A stretch of 64,000 nt of DNA, from assembly GCF_009914755.1 (NCBI RefSeq), contig NC_060934.1; one strand, written 5' to 3'. The stretch is from the human T2T-CHM13v2.0 reference genome, Homo sapiens. Within the stretch, counting starts at the first letter, position 1. Each line of letters opens with the position of its first letter. The translations under genes were made by a program, and so were the position numbers. The notes beneath the pieces are model-generated. The model did no database searches and was not told where the DNA came from. It was given only the letters and a program-made list of their open reading frames with translations. Shown in pieces: positions 63,333 through 64,000 of this stretch.

Positions 63333-64000
63333 TGATTATTTAGTTAGCTTTACATTCTTCTGTCCTTCTCTACTTTTAATTAAAATGTAAAATAAACTTA
63401 ATGATACATTTAAATTACAAATTTAAAATATAAATTTAACAAAAATATAGAGTTATACCATATAGCATTTTGAATCAAGATGATATACCACCTCTATCCC
63501 TCCAAATCCATATTCATTCTCATTCTCATTCTCTCTCCTCCTCAAGTACTACTGTACCTGTCAAAATTCAATTTATCCTTCTAGATTTATCCCATGAAGC
63601 CTTTCTTGGTCTCTACCAAGAAGTATCTTTCTAATCACTTTTCAAATCTGTGCTAAGTTATTCCTATCTGTTTTGCACGGGACTAGGCTCAGGGATGCAC
63701 AGATGAGCAGGGCTAAAGGAAGATATTAACAATACCACTCCTAGGATCTCCTCTACCCAGAAGTCTCTTTTTTACCTCTTCCAGGATAGCTCCCCAGTCT
63801 CCATTTCAGACCAGGACTGATGCCCAGGCAACCTTCCTGCCTCCTGGGTCCTCCAACTCCCAAACAACTGCCACAAATTAAACTTCTTCATATCCATTTT
63901 CATTTACTTTAGTCTCCTAATTAAGAACTCCAATGACTCCAATTACACACACAATCCAACTAAGTGTTAAGAGGTCTTCTCTGAGACAGCTGTTTTGTAT

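Overview
Primate (most likely human) euchromatic non-coding DNA, either intronic or intergenic. I found no recognisable cellular protein-coding exon, RNA gene, CpG-island promoter or CRISPR array. The window is a layered record of transposons. It holds 22 Alus (J to young Y, most with readable target-site duplications, TSDs) and a full-length but inactivated L1PA3-type LINE-1 (35325-41805) that carries a young AluY in ORF2, an intact ORF0 and the ~129-bp ZNF93-bound 5'UTR segment. It also has truncated L1PA6-like, L1PA8-like, L1MB and L1MC/ME copies, a solo LTR13A with a 6-bp TSD, two LTR33-like LTRs, Tigger3b, MARNA, Zaphod, several MER DNA elements, and many L2, MIR and CR1/L3 relics. The best-supported unusual signal is an L1 3' transduction: ~108 bp of foreign MIR-containing DNA with its own AATAAA and a second A-tail, enclosed by a 17-bp TSD (14759-16317). 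Other leads are a degenerate ~38-bp repeat module carrying forkhead motifs (49287-49480), a CA-anchored dispersed duplication (3952-4032 vs 6808-6912), a ~100-codon stop-free CR1 relic, a CpG-retaining enhancer-like block near 22.4-23.1 kb, and hints of a minus-strand host transcript. I do not see a genuinely new multi-component biological system. Repeat family names come from remembered consensus sequences, and boundaries of old repeats are approximate.
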